From an uncultured virus (IMG/VR IMGVR_UViG_3300020054_001201) (Duplodnaviria; Heunggongvirae; Uroviricota; Caudoviricetes): a stretch of DNA of 20,000 nucleotides. Below are positions 15,150 to 20,000 of this stretch, in pieces (position 1 is the first letter of the stretch; the number at the start of each line of letters is the position of its first letter). The position numbers and the translations under genes are program-made. Below the pieces are notes generated by a model, which was not told the origin of the DNA, did not search any database, and was given only the letters and a program-made list of their open reading frames with translations. Where the stretch lies: IMG/VR virus record IMGVR_UViG_3300020054_001201. The stretch is one strand, 5' to 3'.

Positions 15150-18100
15150 ATGGCGGTTATTGGGCAATCAAGTCACGCGTTGTTCTTCAATGGCGTGAGC
15201 GATAGCGTCGTTTGCCCTCAAGGTGATTTTACACAAACAGGCCATAAGCGCGTGTTAAACGGTAGTGAAGCGCGCTCTTCTGCCCCTGTTATGCAAGAAG
15301 GCGACAGTCATCGTTTCGCTAAAGGCGTCAACCAAGTGTTGGATAAGTTCACGCTTGAAGCATGGGTGTCGCCCGACTGCGGCGGTGTTATCGCCAGCAA
15401 AGCAGGCTTGTTTGAATTGCGCATGGGTTCGGTGGACGCACCTGCCGCCGCTTCGTTTTCCGTCACTTTCAGCAATGGCGTATCGCTTATCGCGACAACG
15501 GCAAACAACTATCCTACCGCGGCAGGTTCGTTCATTTCCAACAATGTTGGCTACAACATTGGTCAACGCGAACTGTATCACATCATGGGTGAGTTCAACG
15601 GTCAACAAATCAAACTCTATGTCAACGGCGAACTGATGGCCTCGGAACGCATGAACAAAAAGCACACTTGCAATATCAACGACCAAGACCTGTTTATCGG
15701 TGGCGAAGGCGGAGAATACCGTGGCTACATTGAATCGGTGCATTGGAAAAGCGATGTGAGTGAAGCAAGCACGCGCGCACAACCAACTCTTCGCTCAACC
15801 AGCACAATTGGGCTTTGGCGATTTGAAGAGCCTGTTGAGGTTGACAACACCGAGTTCAGCATCACATCAGCCGTGTCAGCAGGGGACACCAGCATCACCA
15901 TTGGTGCTACGGCTTGTCAAACGCTTTACGAAACGGTGAGCGGTAAGTCCGATACTCTTTCAAGCAACTACACGCTGGAAAGCCTCGGCAACTATCGTGT
16001 AGCCAACGCCGCGCATAGCGGCGGCGCGCAGGTCATCAGCGTGGCTCACACGCCGTTTAACCTACTCATCAATCCAACAGGCACAGATACGCTCACAGGC
16101 ATACCCAACGGCACGCCACCCGAACGCGTGCGGTTGAAGCAAATCAACACCAACGGAACAATCACGGTTGAGAGCATTCACCTTGACTTTGGAGTATCAC
16201 CCGACACAGGCTCACGGGGAGTGCTTCATGCGCGCACCGCACTCAACGCAACCAACAACCTCGCCAGCGATTCAACAATGGTTCTCATTCGCTCTGACCT
16301 GTTGATTGATAGCATTTCGGGGAAGCCGTATCAAACCATCGGCACAGGCAGTCAAGCGATTGACCGGACAGGCGCGATGGTGATTGACGAGAGCGGCAAC
16401 GGCTTTCACGGGTTTATGTTTTCGCGCAACATTGCTACGGGCAACAACTTCTCACCTTCGTCATGGTCGTTGGATAACAGGTTCAAAATTGGACACACGG
16501 GTCGCCACAAGTTTTCTCATCGCGAAGGCCATCCATACCTACGCCTGCTTCCACCCACTCACTCACAGGATATAACGCGAACAATTGACGGCATTGCTGA
16601 TGATGTGCTGGTTACCTTCGCTGGACCATATCTTGGACTCAAAGAACAGTTGCCCATCAACAGCAAAATTGAGGTCACACATACGGCTATCAATTCTCGC
16701 GTTTCTCAAATTATTGTCAGAACGCAAACAAAAGGAATAGTGAGAAATGGCTTGGCGAGCATTGATGCTCATCGCGATGGTGTCATTGCAATATCGGTTG
16801 ATGACATTCGCCCCTTCTTGCTCAAAGGTGGCGGCATTGATGTGTCCTCAACCGACGATGCTCAATACAAAAAACACCTTACACCCGAAACAGAGTCGCG
16901 TGTAGCCATCCTTGAAGTGTCGGGGCTGGATGCGGGGTATGTTGAAATCCACTACAACGCCATTGACCTTACAGGAGGTAAAATGGGACTCAGCGACCCT
17001 GCGTTGCTCATCACCAAAACTGTTCCCGATGCAGGTTCGTTGTTGAACGGCCAGCGCGTAGCGGCGCACATTGCTGATGCGGTGGGTGCAAACGCAAACA
17101 TTCACGCCGCAGGCGGCGTTATCTATGCAACACCCGAAGACATTGGCGACGGCAACCTTGCGCTTCTTCCTCACTATTTGGTGGGTGATAACACAGGCGG
17201 GATTGAATACGAAGAAGAGTTGGATGAGTCGCTCATCCCATCCAACTACGCACCTCGCGCAACAGGAGATGAACCGCAGAAGCCGCCTCAAGGTGTAGGG
17301 ACAACGAAGCACCCGTCAGCCTATCACAAGTTGCATCTGCAACCACGCAAGCGCGGAGCAAGCGACCCTCCCGTTGGAAGCGCACCAACTCGTTATCAAG
17401 AAAGCAAACAGTTCGCGTCGCAGAAAGGTGGCGCATTTGAAATGTTTGACATTATTGATAACGACAAAGACGGCGATAATCACATCATCATTGTGCAACC
17501 AAGCAAGCGCGAGCGCACTATGCAGTTGTCAAGAGTGACGAGCAACGCACTTGATGCAAGCGACCCTACGCGATTTTTAGTTGAGTTCGTTCAATCGGTT
17601 TGCCGTATGTCTTCAATGCAAATCAAAGACTCTGCAAGTGGTCGCACTCTTTACATGGAAGGTAAAGGTTTGATGGATGATGTGTCCGACCAAACTGTTT
17701 CTTACACAGGCGACGGTAGTCCCGATTCACACATTGTCAAAGAGATTCAACCGGGCGCACCTGTCGTGTCGGTCACGCTTGGTGGTGCTGGTCAAGGCGC
17801 TGTCAACACGAAGCCGACATGGGACCCTGCGGCGTTGTCGCGCGTTGGTTGGAACACTCGCCATTCAACAAGCGCGCAAGTGAATAGCGTTGACACATCT
17901 CTATTGCAAATTAGCGTCAACCCGCTCAACAACCTTTCTCCTTCGCTTACAACATGGGGGACATACGGTTTCCCCGCCACGGGGCGCGTTTATTTGCCGA
18001 ACGGTGCAAGTGCTGAATACACCAGCAGAACGGGTGTTTCGTTTCAATTCGCAAGCGGAGTGCATTTTGGAAGTGGAAAGTTTGAACTCTCTAACGGAAG

Positions 18101-20000
18101 AGAAGTTGGTTCGTTTGTTGATTGGGTAACGCAAACAGGTGTGACTCTTGGTGCAACTCTTCTTCTTGATTCGTCGTTCAGTTCTGCTTCTATTTGCGCC
18201 GACGGAACCACCGTCAATGACCGTCTGTTTCAGTCTATTGGTTCAGTCCAGCACGATTATCAATTGGGGACGCAATATGCCAGCACGCGCGCGCTTGTTG
18301 AAATCCCACTATTCCCTCAACAATTTTTTGAAGACCGCGACGCTGGTGTATTCCCCGGACCCGACAACAGTATGAAATTGCACCTTGACGCAACCATGAC
18401 TGCTCACACATGGAATCCTTCTCCGGTCGGTCGTCGCGCACCCAATTATCCTGCTAACGACTACGAGGCTTACGGGCAATACCAATACCGTCTTGTCAAT
18501 GATTTACCCATACGCGCAACAATACGACGATACGAGCGAAAAGGAAGTAACACCGAACTTTTAATTCAAGAAGGCTCACCTCGCATTCCCGAATCGGACT
18601 TTAATGCCGCTGGTCCTGTTCGCGGAGTTAGCACAGGGAGAACACGGCGAGTTATTTTAGGCAACGGCGAGTGGGCGTATTACGAAAAAAACGGCATTAC
18701 TATCACACTCAGCCATACCGCAGGTCATTCAAGTGAAGACTTCTTTTCGTCGTTAGAGGTTGGCGCTCAAATCATTGTTGGCGCGGTTGCAGACGGCAAT
18801 AACTTTCCAATGACAGGTGACGACAATTATGCGTCATCTGCTCAAGAATACCGACGACCGTTTTACTACGACCGAGGTAGCGTGATGACACAGGGTGGCA
18901 ACCTTGACTACGGACTCCGCCAATATGTCAGCGCGGTTGAGTTCAAGGCTGGTCCTCTTGCAAATCCCCACCTTGCTCGTATTGAAACGCGCGGAGCAAA
19001 ACTCACTTTGATTGGACTCAAAACGGGGCAAACTTTCTATTTTGAAGGCAACTTGCCCAAAGGACACCTGCCGACCAACTACGCGTTTGCCGCTATCAAC
19101 GAAGCCACAGGTCGTAAGTATCAAATTACTTACAACTCATCAACCGCAGAAAATGAATTAACAACTGCGGCACACCCTGTTCTTGATAGCGGCGCACCAA
19201 ACCTCGCGATAAACGATGTTATCACCGTCATCGGCATTTACGCGACCAATGCAACAACACTCCCTCTCAAGCAAGAAGACGGCATCGCTAACTCAACATG
19301 GAACAATCCATATTGCGGCGGCGGTTTGCGCTATGGTGATACGGTTTGGATGAACATGCACTACACCAACCCGCACGCAATTGAGGGTATGTTTTGTAAG
19401 TCGCGAGGTGTTCTTAACGAATACGAGGTGTGGAGTGGTTTCAATGGCGGTAAGGGTGCGTTGGGAGTTGAAGCGCGCGACACTCTTCCTCTTGAGAACT
19501 TCCTTATTGGCGATACTTGCATTGAGACTGCTCGCAATTTTGTTCAACATGTAAACAAAACCATTGAACTCAATTGGGCTGAACTCGGACACACTACATC
19601 TACTCCTGTGGTCGCATACCTTGACCCCTACCTCAGCACCGAGCAACACGCTCGCGTTTTGCTTTACGATGTTGAACATGACCGCGAGTTTATCGCGTTT
19701 CACGATTTGCACATGCAAGTTCAAACGAGTGCAACAACTCCAACGATTGAAGGTCTTGATGTAGCGGCTGGATTCAAAACACAACGCAAGGATAAAGCCA
19801 CAACATCAAGCACCGACGCGCAAACCATTAACAGCGTCACCTACAACCTCATCAAAGACGAAGGCAAGTCTCAATTTGTTGAAAGCGCATACGCTCACAA
19901 ATCATGGTGGTTGATGGACAACGCGTATTTGGCTACATCGGGTGTTGCGTCTAACCATTATGTTCGCAAAACGCGCGTTACAGAACACACAATTGCTTTC
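15150..20000 (+). CDS. Very large tail/adsorption protein with N-terminal LamG/concanavalin A-like domain (>=1617 aa, 3'-truncated by the window edge)
   Basis: Manual translation from ATG 15150 shows no stop to base 20000. LamG motifs are ALFFNG, FTLEAWVSP, HIMGEFNGQQIKLYVNGEL, LFIGG...YRGYIESV and GLWRFEE. It is missing from the ORF track, presumably because it has no stop in the window. Confidence 0.88.
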   Translation, partial: MAVIGQSSHALFFNGVSDSVVCPQGDFTQTGHKRVLNGSEARSSAPVMQEGDSHRFAKGVNQVLDKFTLEAWVSPDCGGVIASKAGLFELRMGSVDAPAAASFSVTFSNGVSLIATTANNYPTAAGSFISNNVGYNIGQRELYHIMGEFNGQQIKLYVNGELMASERMNKKHTCNINDQDLFIGGEGGEYRGYIESVHWKSDVSEASTRAQPTLRSTSTIGLWRFEEPVEVDNTEFSITSAVSAGDTSITIGATACQTLYETVSGKSDTLSSNYTLESLGNYRVANAAHSGGAQVISVAHTPFNLLINPTGTDTLTGIPNGTPPERVRLKQINTNGTITVESIHLDFGVSPDTGSRGVLHARTALNATNNLASDSTMVLIRSDLLIDSISGKPYQTIGTGSQAIDRTGAMVIDESGNGFHGFMFSRNIATGNNFSPSSWSLDNRFKIGHTGRHKFSHREGHPYLRLLPPTHSQDITRTIDGIADDVLVTFAGPYLGLKEQLPINSKIEVTHTAINSRVSQIIVRTQTKGIVRNGLASIDAHRDGVIAISVDDIRPFLLKGGGIDVSSTDDAQYKKHLTPETESRVAILEVSGLDAGYVEIHYNAIDLTGGKMGLSDPALLITKTVPDAGSLLNGQRVAAHIADAVGANANIHAAGGVIYATPEDIGDGNLALLPHYLVGDNTGGIEYEEELDESLIPSNYAPRATGDEPQKPPQGVGTTKHPSAYHKLHLQPRKRGASDPPVGSAPTRYQESKQFASQKGGAFEMFDIIDNDKDGDNHIIIVQPSKRERTMQLSRVTSNALDASDPTRFLVEFVQSVCRMSSMQIKDSASGRTLYMEGKGLMDDVSDQTVSYTGDGSPDSHIVKEIQPGAPVVSVTLGGAGQGAVNTKPTWDPAALSRVGWNTRHSTSAQVNSVDTSLLQISVNPLNNLSPSLTTWGTYGFPATGRVYLPNGASAEYTSRTGVSFQFASGVHFGSGKFELSNGREVGSFVDWVTQTGVTLGATLLLDSSFSSASICADGTTVNDRLFQSIGSVQHDYQLGTQYASTRALVEIPLFPQQFFEDRDAGVFPGPDNSMKLHLDATMTAHTWNPSPVGRRAPNYPANDYEAYGQYQYRLVNDLPIRATIRRYERKGSNTELLIQEGSPRIPESDFNAAGPVRGVSTGRTRRVILGNGEWAYYEKNGITITLSHTAGHSSEDFFSSLEVGAQIIVGAVADGNNFPMTGDDNYASSAQEYRRPFYYDRGSVMTQGGNLDYGLRQYVSAVEFKAGPLANPHLARIETRGAKLTLIGLKTGQTFYFEGNLPKGHLPTNYAFAAINEATGRKYQITYNSSTAENELTTAAHPVLDSGAPNLAINDVITVIGIYATNATTLPLKQEDGIANSTWNNPYCGGGLRYGDTVWMNMHYTNPHAIEGMFCKSRGVLNEYEVWSGFNGGKGALGVEARDTLPLENFLIGDTCIETARNFVQHVNKTIELNWAELGHTTSTPVVAYLDPYLSTEQHARVLLYDVEHDREFIAFHDLHMQVQTSATTPTIEGLDVAAGFKTQRKDKATTSSTDAQTINSVTYNLIKDEGKSQFVESAYAHKSWWLMDNAYLATSGVASNHYVRKTRVTEHTIAF

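Noticed and set aside
15150..20000. Apparent gene-poor region with only short ORFs in the track
   Set aside because: It is an artefact: one uninterrupted + strand ORF spans the region and lacks a stop inside the window.
1..20000. tRNA/rRNA genes, introns, inteins, integrase or rho-independent terminators
   Set aside because: Intergenic gaps are 40 nt or less and I recognised no such motifs by eye. Covariance-model searches were not run.

Overview
This window is the virion-morphogenesis module of a tailed dsDNA virus (Caudoviricetes). It is most likely an archaeal virus of the magrovirus/halovirus type, with a putative Marine Group II/Poseidoniales host; this is inferred from the ligase-protease-capsid gene order, my recollection of similar major capsid proteins and GGAGGTGA-type ribosome-binding sites, and no database search was run. 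All credible genes are on the + strand and tightly coupled. In order they are: the 3' part of an ATP-dependent DNA ligase-like gene, prohead protease/scaffold, HK97-fold major capsid protein, several small virion proteins, head-tail adaptor, tail terminator, tail tube, SAP-domain protein, tail assembly chaperones, tape measure protein, a Dit-like protein and a >1600-aa LamG-containing tail protein that runs off the window and is absent from the ORF track. No sheath gene is seen, which suggests a non-contractile tail. Highlights: (1) a recurring NPMxxAWxLLK-type peptide on three unrelated proteins, one of them a Cys-rich metallothionein-like miniprotein, ending in the same hydrophobic-hydrophobic-K motif found at predicted maturation sites of the capsid, protease and scaffold (a candidate capsid-cargo tagging system); (2) a CCCTTTA -1 frameshift site linking the chaperone ORFs; (3) a nested scaffold start inside the protease gene; (4) apparent avoidance of six palindromic 4-mers.
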